A stretch of 64,000 bases of DNA from an uncultured delta proteobacterium (GCA_963716725.1 CAVQUB010000021.1:224001-288000), one strand, 5' to 3'; shown: positions 26,720 through 35,994, counted from the stretch's first letter. Made by a program: numbers and translations. The notes: generated from the letters alone by a model not told the origin.

Positions 26720-27859
26720 GTGCCGCGGTTCCTGCTCGTCGCGCTGACCAGCGTCGTCCCGCTGGCGATCGCGTTCTTGGTTTGGCGGCTCGTCAGTCGA
26801 CAAGGCCAGGTTTCTCGGGGCCGCACGGCGCTGGTCGTCGGCCTCGCGCTGTTGGCTGGGCTCGGCGCAGGTTGGCTCGAGCGCGTCGTGCTCACCTTCG
26901 CCGATCTCTCTTTCGACGCCGCTCGCGCGGGCACGACCGGCGCGCTGCTCGCGACCTTCCTCCTGGCGGCTCCCCTCGAAGAGGGGCTGAAGGTCTTGGT
27001 GGTGTGGCCGCTCTACAGCACGCGCGCTCTGGTGTCTCCGCGCCTCGGCCTCGTCTACGCGGCCTGCGCTGGCGCAGGATTCGCGGCGGGTGAGGGCATC
27101 AGCATTGCTAGCTCCGAACCGCCCTCGACGCTGTTGGCGGCGCGGCTCTTGCTCGGGATGCTGGCGCACCCCTTCTTGGCGGCAATGTGGGGCTACGCCC
27201 TCGGCACCCAGCGCGCCGCGCGTGGTCGCTGGTTCGTGATCGCTTGGTTTTCGTCCGTGGCCCTGCACGGCCTGTACGACCACATCGTGTTTGGTCGCGG
27301 GCCGGGCGTCTTGGTGCTGGCCGTACCCATGTTCTTGACGATGGCGGCGGCCAGCTGGGCCGCGCTGCGCGACGTCGCGCCAGCCCCTGACTCGCGCGCC
27401 TCGCGGCTGCTCTCGAGCAGTCCGGAGCCGCCGTCGCTCCGAAGCATGCGCCACGCACTCGCACGGCCGGAGCGTCCGCTGATGCTGCACTGGATCGCGA
27501 TCGGCGCCCTGGTCACCCTCGGGGTCGTCCTGGTCGCGCTCGCGGGAGCGGTGTACGTTGGTCACGCAATTGGGGTCGACTTCGCGCTGGCTGACGAGAG
27601 CGACGTGCGCTCGAGCGGGCCTCTGGTGCTGCTCGGCGCAGGCGTGCTCGCGGGGTTTCCCGTCGCCGGTTACTTGGTCGCGCGCGCGAGCTCCGCTCAC
27701 AGCGTGCTCGAGCCGGCCATGGGAGCGGGCGTCGCCATCATCGCTGCGGTCCTGCTCGCTTCCCTCGCCGCGCCGGTGACAGCGGTGTTCGGCTTGGCGG
27801 CGGCCCCGCTGGCGTTTGCGCTTGCGTGCGGCGGCGCCTGGTTCGGGCTCGTGCGCTGA
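26720..27859 (+). CDS. PrsW-family glutamic intramembrane protease
   Basis: APLEEGLK, GAGFAAGE, AHP, LHGLYD; multi-TM. Confidence 0.85.
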   Translation: MPRFLLVALTSVVPLAIAFLVWRLVSRQGQVSRGRTALVVGLALLAGLGAGWLERVVLTFADLSFDAARAGTTGALLATFLLAAPLEEGLKVLVVWPLYSTRALVSPRLGLVYAACAGAGFAAGEGISIASSEPPSTLLAARLLLGMLAHPFLAAMWGYALGTQRAARGRWFVIAWFSSVALHGLYDHIVFGRGPGVLVLAVPMFLTMAAASWAALRDVAPAPDSRASRLLSSSPEPPSLRSMRHALARPERPLMLHWIAIGALVTLGVVLVALAGAVYVGHAIGVDFALADESDVRSSGPLVLLGAGVLAGFPVAGYLVARASSAHSVLEPAMGAGVAIIAAVLLASLAAPVTAVFGLAAAPLAFALACGGAWFGLVR

Positions 27860-27865
27860 GCCCCT

Positions 27866-27889
27866 TGGCACACGCCCGATCTGGCACAA
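27866..27889 (+). promoter_or_regulatory. tandem TGGCACA motif, putative activator binding site
   Basis: TGGCACA-CGCCC-GATC-TGGCACAA; same architecture at 28877-28900. Confidence 0.55.
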
Positions 27890-27950
27890 CATGCGCTCGG
27901 CCTGCCCCGGCGCGCAGCCGACGGTCGGCGAGAATCGCGACCTTTGTGCG

Positions 27951-27966
27951 TGGCACGAGCCCTGCA
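27951..27966 (+). promoter_or_regulatory. sigma54 (-24/-12) promoter
   Basis: TGGCACGAGCCCTGCA, GG-N10-GC spacing, just upstream of ATG 27980. Confidence 0.7.
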
Positions 27967-27979
27967 CTCGAGTTCGGCC

Positions 27980-28837
27980 ATGCGTTTTGCCATTGGCTTG
28001 TTGGTGATCTCGGGTCTGGCTCTCGTCGGTTGCGGCGGCTCCACCATGCTGGACGGCAAGGGCGGGGCCGATGCCGGCGCCGGCGCCGGCGGAACCTCCG
28101 GCGGTGGCACGGGCGGAGGCGCGTCGGGATCCGGTGGCGTGGCGGGCGCCGGTGGCGGCAGCTCGGGCGCCGCGGGCGGAGGCGGGGCCGCCGGCAGTCC
28201 CGGCTGTTGCAGTGCAAACGCCAAGTACGACTGCGAAACCTACGGCGACTCGAAGCAGTGCGTGAACGGCGTCTGCAAAGAGCCGCCGCCGCCGGGACTC
28301 TGCTGGTCGGATCAAGACTGCGGCGGACTGGGATCCGTCTGCAAGGGAGGGTTCGTGTGCCCCTGCGACGCCGACTGCTCGGGTCCCGATCAGCTGGGAC
28401 AGTGCACTGTGCAGCCGGGGTGCTGCGCGAAGGACGCGGACTGCACGCAGAAGCCCAACGTGCCGATGATGTGCGTGGGGGGAAACTGCGAGATGAAGCC
28501 CCCCGCGGGGCAGTGCTGGAGCAGCAAGGACTGCAGCAACGGGACGACATGCAGCGGCGAATGTGTCTGCCCCTGCGGCGCGATGTGCGCGTGCGGCGGG
28601 CAGATGGGGTGGTGCAAGGGCTCCCCGCCGCCACCGCCCCCACCCACGGCGTGCTGCAAGTCACAGCTCGACTGCGGGGCCGGATCCGTGTGCGCGATGG
28701 GCGTGTGCAAGCAGTCCGTCGCAGGCGCCTGCTGGGCCGACGTCGAGTGTGCCCAAGGCAAAAAGTGCAACGGAGCGTCGATCTGCCCATGCGGTGCCCT
28801 GTGCGGCATGGCCGAATACCCGGGCAAGTGCCTTTGA
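27980..28837 (+). CDS. Gly-linker, Cys-rich repeat lipoprotein
   Basis: lipobox LVGC; three repeats of CC..DC...C..G.C...CW...DC...C.CPC. Confidence 0.75.
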   Translation: MRFAIGLLVISGLALVGCGGSTMLDGKGGADAGAGAGGTSGGGTGGGASGSGGVAGAGGGSSGAAGGGGAAGSPGCCSANAKYDCETYGDSKQCVNGVCKEPPPPGLCWSDQDCGGLGSVCKGGFVCPCDADCSGPDQLGQCTVQPGCCAKDADCTQKPNVPMMCVGGNCEMKPPAGQCWSSKDCSNGTTCSGECVCPCGAMCACGGQMGWCKGSPPPPPPPTACCKSQLDCGAGSVCAMGVCKQSVAGACWADVECAQGKKCNGASICPCGALCGMAEYPGKCL

Positions 28838-28876
28838 CCGCGGCGCGACCTGACACGCCGCGGGCGTCGCGTCCGC

Positions 28877-28900
28877 TGGCACATCCGGGATCTGGCACAA
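28877..28900 (+). promoter_or_regulatory. tandem TGGCACA motif, putative activator binding site
   Basis: TGGCACA-TCCGG-GATC-TGGCACAA. Confidence 0.55.
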
Positions 28901-28943
28901 GGCCGAGCCCCGCTGATTTCCAGACGTTGGGGCTGGCCCGGGG

Positions 28944-28959
28944 CGGCACGGAACCTGCT
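28944..28959 (+). promoter_or_regulatory. sigma54 (-24/-12) promoter
   Basis: CGGCACGGAACCTGCT, GG-N10-GC spacing, upstream of ATG 28975. Confidence 0.55.
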
Positions 28960-28974
28960 CTGACCCCGCTCATC

Positions 28975-29706
28975 ATGCACAAGGCCGTCCTGTCCGCCGC
29001 GCTGATCTTGATCGCCTCGCCGGCATTCGCCCAGTCGTCCGCGTCGTTCCCGGACCTCTCTCGGGGGGGCAGCCCATCCCCCACTGCACAGTCGCCGGCG
29101 GCGCAACCGTCGGAGCAAGCACCGCGCTTCGATACCAGCCCACGGGAGCCAGCCTTCGCTGCGCCGTCGCAACAAGGCGGCGGAGGCCCTGCCTACGCGC
29201 CCGCCTTCGGGACCAGCCCCTCCCCGGCGTTTGCCCCCACCTTCGCCCCGGGCGCCCCGGGCACCCCGGGCGCACCCATGCGTGACCTGCCCAGCGACGG
29301 AAGCTCGACCGCGTCTTCGCCAATGGTGTTGGTGGGCGCGTTGATGATCGGGTTGCCCTACGCGACCGGCCTTGGGATCGGCGCATCCGAGGGCTTCGAG
29401 AACGGAAGTGGATGGCTCGCCGCGCCGGTGGTGGGCCCCTGGCTCGCGCTGTCGGGGCGCCGAGATCCCTGCGCCGACGCGGAAGACAAGAAGGGCTTCG
29501 ACAGCGAGGTCGGCAAATGTGTGGGCGAGCCGCTAGTGCGCGGGATGCTCGTGCTCGATGGCGTGCTTCAAGCGGGGGGCGCGGTACTCATGCTCGTCGG
29601 CGCCTCCTCCGGGCGGCCCAGCCCAACCGGGCCGACCCGAGTGATGGCGGCCCCCGCAGCGGTGGGCCGAAAGGGATACGGCGTGGCGGTGGCCGGGCTG
29701 TTCTGA
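28975..29706 (+). CDS. secreted hypothetical protein (Pro-rich linker, hydrophobic C-terminal domain)
   Basis: signal peptide ending AFA; PVVGPW; C-terminal GLF. Confidence 0.65.
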   Translation: MHKAVLSAALILIASPAFAQSSASFPDLSRGGSPSPTAQSPAAQPSEQAPRFDTSPREPAFAAPSQQGGGGPAYAPAFGTSPSPAFAPTFAPGAPGTPGAPMRDLPSDGSSTASSPMVLVGALMIGLPYATGLGIGASEGFENGSGWLAAPVVGPWLALSGRRDPCADAEDKKGFDSEVGKCVGEPLVRGMLVLDGVLQAGGAVLMLVGASSGRPSPTGPTRVMAAPAAVGRKGYGVAVAGLF

Positions 29707-29726
29707 ACGCTGTCGCCCGGTGAAGG

Positions 29727-31913
29727 TCAGGCCAAGACGCTCTCCCGTCCCGAGTCGACGGTGAACATGCAGCTCGAGCGCGTCTCTTCCACCATGCGCT
29801 TGACGAACTCCATGTCGTAGTCCTTCGGCATGCCCATGATGTCCATGTCGCTCTGCGGCGCCAGTGCCAGACACTCTTCGAAGCGGCCGACGAAGACCAG
29901 GCTCTTGGCGCGACCTGGAATGCGAGCCAGGTCCCGCAGCTCTTCGAGGTAAAGGTCGGCAGCCGCGTGCTCTTCTTCCGTCTCCACGACGCAGATCAGA
30001 TTCAGCTCTGCCTCCCAACCCCGCGCCAGGCGATATCCGAGCAACATGCCCAGGTTCATGTTCCCGCGGCTGAGCGTCTGCTCGATCGACTCGCCCTCGA
30101 GGGGTGGACGCAGCCAGACATTCACGACGTCCGTGCGACCCAGCCCGGCCTTGGCGTGCAGGCCGAGCAAGGTCACTCCGACATCGAGTCGCGCGGCCTC
30201 TTTGACCAAATTCGTCAGCTCCGCGTGTCGCTCGGTGTTCTCCGGCAGGCTGAGCAGGAGCACGTTCGGGCGGAAGAACGCGCTCTTCAGCGCCTGGAGC
30301 CCCGCGATCGTGCCCGTGACGTAGCCGCCCGAGTCGATCACGCTCCAGGTCGAAAACACGGCGCGCTTCCGCAGGCTCAACCCGAGGTTCTCGATCCGCG
30401 GAGTCAGGTCGCGCACGGTCTCCTGGTCGGCGATCCCGAGCAGCTTCACGCTCCCGCTGGGCTGACACATGTCCACCACGAGCTGGAACTCGCCTCGCAA
30501 CTCCGAACCGTCCACCACGGGCACCAAGAAGCTCGGCTTCCAGGCGCGGCTCGTGTTGATGCCAAGCTCGGTGCACTTGCTCGCCGCCCACTCGGCGAAG
30601 GCCACGAAGATGCCGCTGCGGACGTCGTCACCACGGCGAGCCAGACCGCGCTGCATGATCCAGAAGTACAGGGCGATGACCAAGCCCCACGCCACCAGAC
30701 TGAAGGTCGGGTTGACGATGAACATCGCGAACAGGCACCCCACCGTACCGAGCAGCGGCACCCAGATGGGCAGCCGCAGCGTGGGCCTGAAGCTCACCAG
30801 ACCTAGGCTGGACTCCACCATCATGACCACGTTGATGACCGCGTAGGTGATCAGGAAGAACCCCGAGATCAGCGGCGCGATGGCGTTGAGGTTTCTCAGC
30901 ATCAGAGCCCCGAGAACGAGGACTCCGGTCAAGAGCATCGCGTTGCGCGGCTCTCCACCGGGGGAAACCTTGGCAAAGGCTGCACCCCTCGGCACCAGTC
31001 CGTCCTGAGCCAGCGCCAACAAGATGCGAGGCGCGCCCACCAACGACGCGAGCGCCGACGAGAACGTGGCGCCCAGGAGCCCCGCGAGCACCAGCGGTCC
31101 GTATAGAGACTTGTCGACCAGCAACGTGTAGTTGCCGACCAGCTCGTCCTCGCTGCCCGCCTTGGAGGACCAGATCACCAGCGCGAAATACACGACGGTG
31201 CTGATGGCAATGGCCGCCAGCGTGCCCTGCGGGATGCTCTTGCGCGGGTTCTGCAGCTCGCCGCTCATGTTCGCGCCCGCCATGATGCCGGTGGCGGCCG
31301 GGAAGAAGACCGCAAACACCGCCCAAAAGTTGGTGCCCGAGTAGCCGTTCTCCGGCGAGCCGCGGAAGGTCCCCCACAACTTCACCGAGGTGGGGCTCGT
31401 CCACACCTCGAAGTTGCCGAAGACGACCACCAGCGAGGCGACGATGATCACCAAGACCACGTACTGGATCCGGAACGCGAGACCGGCGCTCACGAAGGCG
31501 ATCACGAACACCACGGCGAAGGCGCCGAGGTCCACGAGCAAGGGATGGTGATGGGGGAAGATCCAGTTCCACCCCTCACGAAACCCAAAGATGTACATCG
31601 CCACGGCCAGCGCCTGCGACAGGTACAGCGGGACCCCAACGCTGCCGCCGATCTCGAGTCCGAGGGACTTCGAGATGATGGCGTAGGGACCACCGGCGCC
31701 CAGTCGCGTGTTCGTGGCGATGGACGAAAGAGACAGACCGGTAGCCAGGGTGATGCCCACGGCGAGCGCAATCACCAGCGAGCCCCCGAGCAGACCTGCG
31801 TTGCCCACGACCCACGGCAAACGCAGGTACATGATCACGCCGAGGATCGTCAGCAGCGTGGGGGCGAACACTCCGCCGAGCGTGCCGAACTGGCGGGGTT
31901 TGGGCTGGCTCAC
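29727..31913 (-). CDS. prokaryotic cation-chloride cotransporter (SLC12-like, APC superfamily)
   Basis: FGTLGGVFAPTLLTILGVIMYLR, GGPYAIISKSLGLEIGG, FFPAATGIMAGANMSGEL, cytosolic C-terminal domain (WKP, FFRPN). Confidence 0.88.
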   Translation of the reverse strand: MSQPKPRQFGTLGGVFAPTLLTILGVIMYLRLPWVVGNAGLLGGSLVIALAVGITLATGLSLSSIATNTRLGAGGPYAIISKSLGLEIGGSVGVPLYLSQALAVAMYIFGFREGWNWIFPHHHPLLVDLGAFAVVFVIAFVSAGLAFRIQYVVLVIIVASLVVVFGNFEVWTSPTSVKLWGTFRGSPENGYSGTNFWAVFAVFFPAATGIMAGANMSGELQNPRKSIPQGTLAAIAISTVVYFALVIWSSKAGSEDELVGNYTLLVDKSLYGPLVLAGLLGATFSSALASLVGAPRILLALAQDGLVPRGAAFAKVSPGGEPRNAMLLTGVLVLGALMLRNLNAIAPLISGFFLITYAVINVVMMVESSLGLVSFRPTLRLPIWVPLLGTVGCLFAMFIVNPTFSLVAWGLVIALYFWIMQRGLARRGDDVRSGIFVAFAEWAASKCTELGINTSRAWKPSFLVPVVDGSELRGEFQLVVDMCQPSGSVKLLGIADQETVRDLTPRIENLGLSLRKRAVFSTWSVIDSGGYVTGTIAGLQALKSAFFRPNVLLLSLPENTERHAELTNLVKEAARLDVGVTLLGLHAKAGLGRTDVVNVWLRPPLEGESIEQTLSRGNMNLGMLLGYRLARGWEAELNLICVVETEEEHAAADLYLEELRDLARIPGRAKSLVFVGRFEECLALAPQSDMDIMGMPKDYDMEFVKRMVEETRSSCMFTVDSGRESVLA

Positions 31914-32046
31914 CGCGCAAGAGCCTTCCACACCCGCCGTTCCGGGGAAACGCCCGCCCGAAAGCAAATCACCTCCTGGCGGCAGCGCCGGCTGCCGCCC
32001 GCCGAATTCGACGACCGGGCGCGCGGACGCCCGTATAGTCGGAGTG

Positions 32047-33063
32047 GTGACCGCGTTCGACCCCCCGCCATCGCGACCGATCGCCGATCTCCTATCCCAA
32101 CGCGATGCAAAGTCGCCCCGAGCGCTGGCTCTGGCGCTGCAAGAGACGATCGACGCCCCCTTCTTCGCCGAGGAGTCGGGCGCCCTCTTCCCCATGCGTC
32201 GCGTCGGGCTCGACGGTTCGACGCCGAACTTTCCGGGCGCGGTGGTCGTCGCCGACGGCTTGGTCGCGGACGGAGCGCGGAGCAGCGCCGCGCTGGTCGA
32301 GCTCCATCGCGCAGAATTCTTGTCCACGCCGGTGATGCGCGTCGGGGGGCGAGACCAAACCGTGACGGACGTCCTGGCCGCCGCCGCAGGGAACTCGTCC
32401 GACGACGAACGCCCCACGCCCGCGCTGAACGCCTGCTTGCGTGCCATCGCGGGCGTGGTGCTGCATGCCCTTCGACCCGTCGCGCCCTTGGCGTCCGAGA
32501 TCGAGCCGCTCATCACGCGCCACACCGTGCCCGCCGGGGCGAGCCTCTTCGTGGCCCGCGACTCCGCGCTGAACACCCTCGGCATCGACGCTCCGCTCGA
32601 TCGCGGTTTCACCTGGGCGGCCGCGGTGCGCTTCCTTCGCCCGCGGGCGTCACAGAGCGGCGTCGTCTACGAGGTCGGAGAAGTGCAGGGGGACTCCCTC
32701 ATCTTCTCCGTGCGCGCATCGGCGGACGACAGCGTCCACTTTCTGTGCCGACTCCCCGGCGGTCCGGTGCTCGAAGTCGGGGCGCCCGTTGCCGGGCTCT
32801 TCGATCGGTATGTGCGACTCGTGGCCGTCGTGCGCTTCGCACCTTACTCCCAGCTCCGCGTCTGGGCCGACGACGTGCTCGTCGGAAGAGCGCGCAGTGA
32901 ACGCTCGAGCGCGGGACGTCTCGTCGGACGACAGACGATCGGGGCGGGCATCCTGGGCAAGCACCGTTCGGCGCTGTTCCTGCGCGAACTGATGCTGATC
33001 GGGAACCCCCTCGACGCTCGCGGTCGGAGCAAGGTCATGCTGCACCTCCAGCGGCACACCTAG
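32047..33063 (+). CDS. hypothetical protein, possibly with a C-terminal LamG/ConA-like domain
   Basis: long GC3-rich ORF; beta-rich C-terminus (LRVWADDVLVG, TIGA, LRELML); start uncertain. Confidence 0.5.
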   Translation: MTAFDPPPSRPIADLLSQRDAKSPRALALALQETIDAPFFAEESGALFPMRRVGLDGSTPNFPGAVVVADGLVADGARSSAALVELHRAEFLSTPVMRVGGRDQTVTDVLAAAAGNSSDDERPTPALNACLRAIAGVVLHALRPVAPLASEIEPLITRHTVPAGASLFVARDSALNTLGIDAPLDRGFTWAAAVRFLRPRASQSGVVYEVGEVQGDSLIFSVRASADDSVHFLCRLPGGPVLEVGAPVAGLFDRYVRLVAVVRFAPYSQLRVWADDVLVGRARSERSSAGRLVGRQTIGAGILGKHRSALFLRELMLIGNPLDARGRSKVMLHLQRHT

Positions 33064-33122
33064 GCAGTCCGCACCCCTGCTGGTTTCGACCGGCGGGTCG
33101 GGCTAATTTGCTGGCCGCGAGC

Positions 33123-33992
33123 ATGCTGGCTCAACCCGCATCGACCACCGCTCTGCCCATCCGTCCCGCCGCGGACATCGGGGCCTTTCTCGACTCGCCG
33201 GTCGATCGATTCGTCGCGCGTCGCTGCTTCTGCTTCTGGCAGCTGGGCACCGACACCAAGGGCCTCGTCGCCTGGGGAGCTCCCAGCGCCGAAGACGCGC
33301 GGGAAATGGTCCGGGCCTTCGGGACGGGAGAGCGCCCTGACGAGCCCCACGTGTCGTTGATCGACATGCGCTCCCTCCGAACCATCGACGTGGCGGCGTT
33401 CGAGATCATCATGCGATACATGGCCGAGCGGCAGGAGGTATTCTCCCGCACGGTTCGACGCCAGGCGCTGCTGCACGGGACCGGCGCGATAGGTGCGGCG
33501 GTCGCGGGCTTCTACTCGGTGGTGCAGCCCAGCTATCCCGTCGAGTCGCACTCGGACCTCGCCGAAGCCATCGCTTGGATCGCGCCCGCGAATCCGCACG
33601 CCGTGCACGCGATCGTGGTCGCCCTGCGCGCTCGGCACATCGACGCGCCTCCCGTGGTGTCTCGCCTGCGAGTTGCCCTGGAATCGAGCGCCGACCTGTT
33701 GACGCTCGCCGATGCGGCCCGGGCCCTGGGGACCAGTCGCCGCTCGCTCCAACGAGATCTCGACGCGGCGGGAAGCTCATTCCGCGAGGAGGTGGCCCTT
33801 CACCGACTGACACGCGCAGAACGCCTGCTCGCGGGCTCGAGTCTGCCGCTCAAGTCCATCGCGGCCGCCGTCGCCCTGGCGCCATCGCGACTGAACGCGT
33901 TGTTCCGCCATCACCACGGCGTCGGTCCGGCCGCGTGGCGCGCCCGGTTCGTGCGAGCCGCCTCGGAAAAGGACCCGGGCGACCCCGTCTGA
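33123..33992 (+). CDS. AraC-family transcriptional regulator
   Basis: LADAARALGTSRRSLQR, LPLKSIAAAV, FRHHHGVGPAAWR. Confidence 0.88.
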   Translation: MLAQPASTTALPIRPAADIGAFLDSPVDRFVARRCFCFWQLGTDTKGLVAWGAPSAEDAREMVRAFGTGERPDEPHVSLIDMRSLRTIDVAAFEIIMRYMAERQEVFSRTVRRQALLHGTGAIGAAVAGFYSVVQPSYPVESHSDLAEAIAWIAPANPHAVHAIVVALRARHIDAPPVVSRLRVALESSADLLTLADAARALGTSRRSLQRDLDAAGSSFREEVALHRLTRAERLLAGSSLPLKSIAAAVALAPSRLNALFRHHHGVGPAAWRARFVRAASEKDPGDPV

Positions 33993-34171
33993 AGGTCTGT
34001 CGAAGAATGGCGGAGCGCAAGCCGGCGGAGCCGGCCCACCCCGTCGGCCCGTCGGGTGTCACGCAGCGCGTCGCGTGGGGTGGGGCCCCAACGAATTCAC
34101 TTCGGTGGGGCGGGGAGGCGCGTGCCTCCCCGATGACAAAGTGAAAGAGCTGTCGAATTTTCGACAGCTCT
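33993..34171. mobile_element. MITE/REP-like palindromic element, copy 2 (with a 30-bp and an 8-bp insertion)
   Basis: aligns end-to-end with 21736-21876; ends in palindrome AGAGCTGTCGAATTTTCGACAGCTCT. Confidence 0.7.
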
Positions 34172-34182
34172 TGAGTCCGCCC

Positions 34183-34998
34183 TCACTTCTTCTGGTAGAA
34201 CGTCTTGCAGTTCTCGCCGGTGCAGGCGAGATCCGTCAGCCAGATGCCGGGCTTGTCGCCCGCCAGGTCCAACGCATATTTGAAGTTCAGGACCTTGCCC
34301 GGGGCCGCTTTTGTGTAGCCGGTGCCACAGCCGCCGATCCATGCCACGGCGGTGACGCCCTCGGCGAGCGTGACGGTGAGCTCGTCGCCCTTCGCCGTGA
34401 CCGAGCCGGTCTTCCACTCGCTGTTGACCGACATCGAGCAGGACCCGACCGATGACTCCTTGTACTTCGTGTGGATCGCAGAGCCGCCTGCGGCGAAGGT
34501 GAAGTCCGAAACGTCGCTCCAGCCGGGTTGCACCCAGTAACCCACCAGCTCGGCCGAGATCGCGCCCGTGGGCACGCCGCCGTCGGGATTGGGCGTGCCG
34601 CCTCCCGTCGTGCTCGACTCGAGGCAAGTGACGAGCTCCGTTGGGCATTGGGCCTCGGTGCAGGTCACGTCTTCGCACTTCTTGTCGTCCATGCAGGTGA
34701 GCAGCGCGAGCAGCTGCGACTGAGCCGGAGCAGCGCCCGCCGAGTAGCAGGCGTCGGGGCAATTCGCGTCCGTCTCCGGGCAGTCGGCGATGCAGGACAA
34801 GAGGTCCATGCAAGTCGAGTAACCCACCGGGCCGCCCCCGCTGCCGCCGCTGCCGCCAGCCCCGCCCACGCTGCCGCCGGCGCCGCCACTGCCAGAGACG
34901 CCTGCGCTGCCGCCCGTCGCGGAATTGTCGTTCTTGGCCACGGTGCAGCCCAGCGCGAGGGCCAAGGCTGAAACTGAAATGAGGACGGTTCGCATCAC
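34183..34998 (-). CDS. Gly-linker, Cys-rich lipoprotein
   Basis: lipobox ALGC; helical Cys-rich module; C-terminal beta domain (ELVGYW). Confidence 0.7.
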   Translation of the reverse strand: MMRTVLISVSALALALGCTVAKNDNSATGGSAGVSGSGGAGGSVGGAGGSGGSGGGPVGYSTCMDLLSCIADCPETDANCPDACYSAGAAPAQSQLLALLTCMDDKKCEDVTCTEAQCPTELVTCLESSTTGGGTPNPDGGVPTGAISAELVGYWVQPGWSDVSDFTFAAGGSAIHTKYKESSVGSCSMSVNSEWKTGSVTAKGDELTVTLAEGVTAVAWIGGCGTGYTKAAPGKVLNFKYALDLAGDKPGIWLTDLACTGENCKTFYQKK

Positions 34999-35099
34999 GG
35001 AAGCTTACGAACCAGCAACCCTCTGCATACCGTACGCATTGCGCCAAAGGGCAGACGTCTCACGCCAAGTGCGGGCCCGGCGGCCGTTTTCGGTCCGGC

Positions 35100-35930
35100 T
35101 CAGCGCAGCAGGCGCGGCAAAAGCCCGCGCCAATTCCTCGCCACCAGCTCCGAGGCCAGCGACGGAGCGGCGCGCTTCGCCGCGTCGATGAGGTGCGCTT
35201 CCCGCGTGATCAGCACCCGCGGCGAGTTCTTCTCGATGCCCCGCACGATGGCGTGAGCGACTTTGGCCGGCGGCATCAGTCGCTCGAACTTCCTCGCCGC
35301 CTGCGCACGGATGGCTTCGGCTTCGGCGCCACCGGAGCTGCGCGAAGCGACGACGATGTTGGTGGCGACGCCCCCCGGGTGAACCGAGGTGACGCCAATC
35401 CGCGTGTCCGAGAGCTCCGCGCGCAGGCTTTCGCTCAGGCCGGCGACCGCGAACTTGCTGGCGCAATAGGCCGAGTTCAGCGGCATGCCCATGATCCCGA
35501 ACACGCTGGAGATGTTCACGATGTGGGCTTCGTCCTGGCGACGCAGCAGCGGCAAGAACAGTTTGCAGCCGTGCACCACACCCCAGAAGTTGACGCCCAT
35601 GAGCCAGTGGAAGTCCTCGAGTGGCAGCTCTTCGAAGCTCGACGCGACGCCGACGCCGGCGTTGTTCACCACGATCTGCACGCTGCCGTGCGCACCCTCG
35701 ACGGCGCGGACCAGGTCTTCCATCCGCGAGCGGTCGGACACGTCGCAAGCGTGCACGCTGACTCGCCGCCCCATGCGCTCAATCTCGGCGCGGACCTCGG
35801 CGAGACCGCGGTCGTTCACGTCCACCAGCGCCAGGTGCGCCCCCTTCTCGGCGAGCCGCAGCGCCGTAGCTCGACCAATCCCGCTTGCCGCGCCGGTCAC
35901 GACGGCGACACGATCCCGAAGGCGTTTCAT
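35100..35930 (-). CDS. short-chain dehydrogenase/reductase
   Basis: TGAASGIG, NNAG, NISS, YCASK. Confidence 0.95.
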   Translation of the reverse strand: MKRLRDRVAVVTGAASGIGRATALRLAEKGAHLALVDVNDRGLAEVRAEIERMGRRVSVHACDVSDRSRMEDLVRAVEGAHGSVQIVVNNAGVGVASSFEELPLEDFHWLMGVNFWGVVHGCKLFLPLLRRQDEAHIVNISSVFGIMGMPLNSAYCASKFAVAGLSESLRAELSDTRIGVTSVHPGGVATNIVVASRSSGGAEAEAIRAQAARKFERLMPPAKVAHAIVRGIEKNSPRVLITREAHLIDAAKRAAPSLASELVARNWRGLLPRLLR

Positions 35931-35994
35931 GGACCGGTGCTAGCGCTAGGCGGTGCGGATTACCAGGTGTAGTCTCGCGCCGAGTCTTCCTTCG

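Noticed and set aside
25841..28315. 824-aa minus-strand ORF and similar long overlapping ORFs
   Set aside because: Expected stop-poor shadow frames in very GC-rich DNA, opposite genes with clear motifs.
31914..32612. N-terminal extension giving a 961-aa CCC transporter
   Set aside because: Family similarity begins near 31913; the extension is antisense to another ORF.
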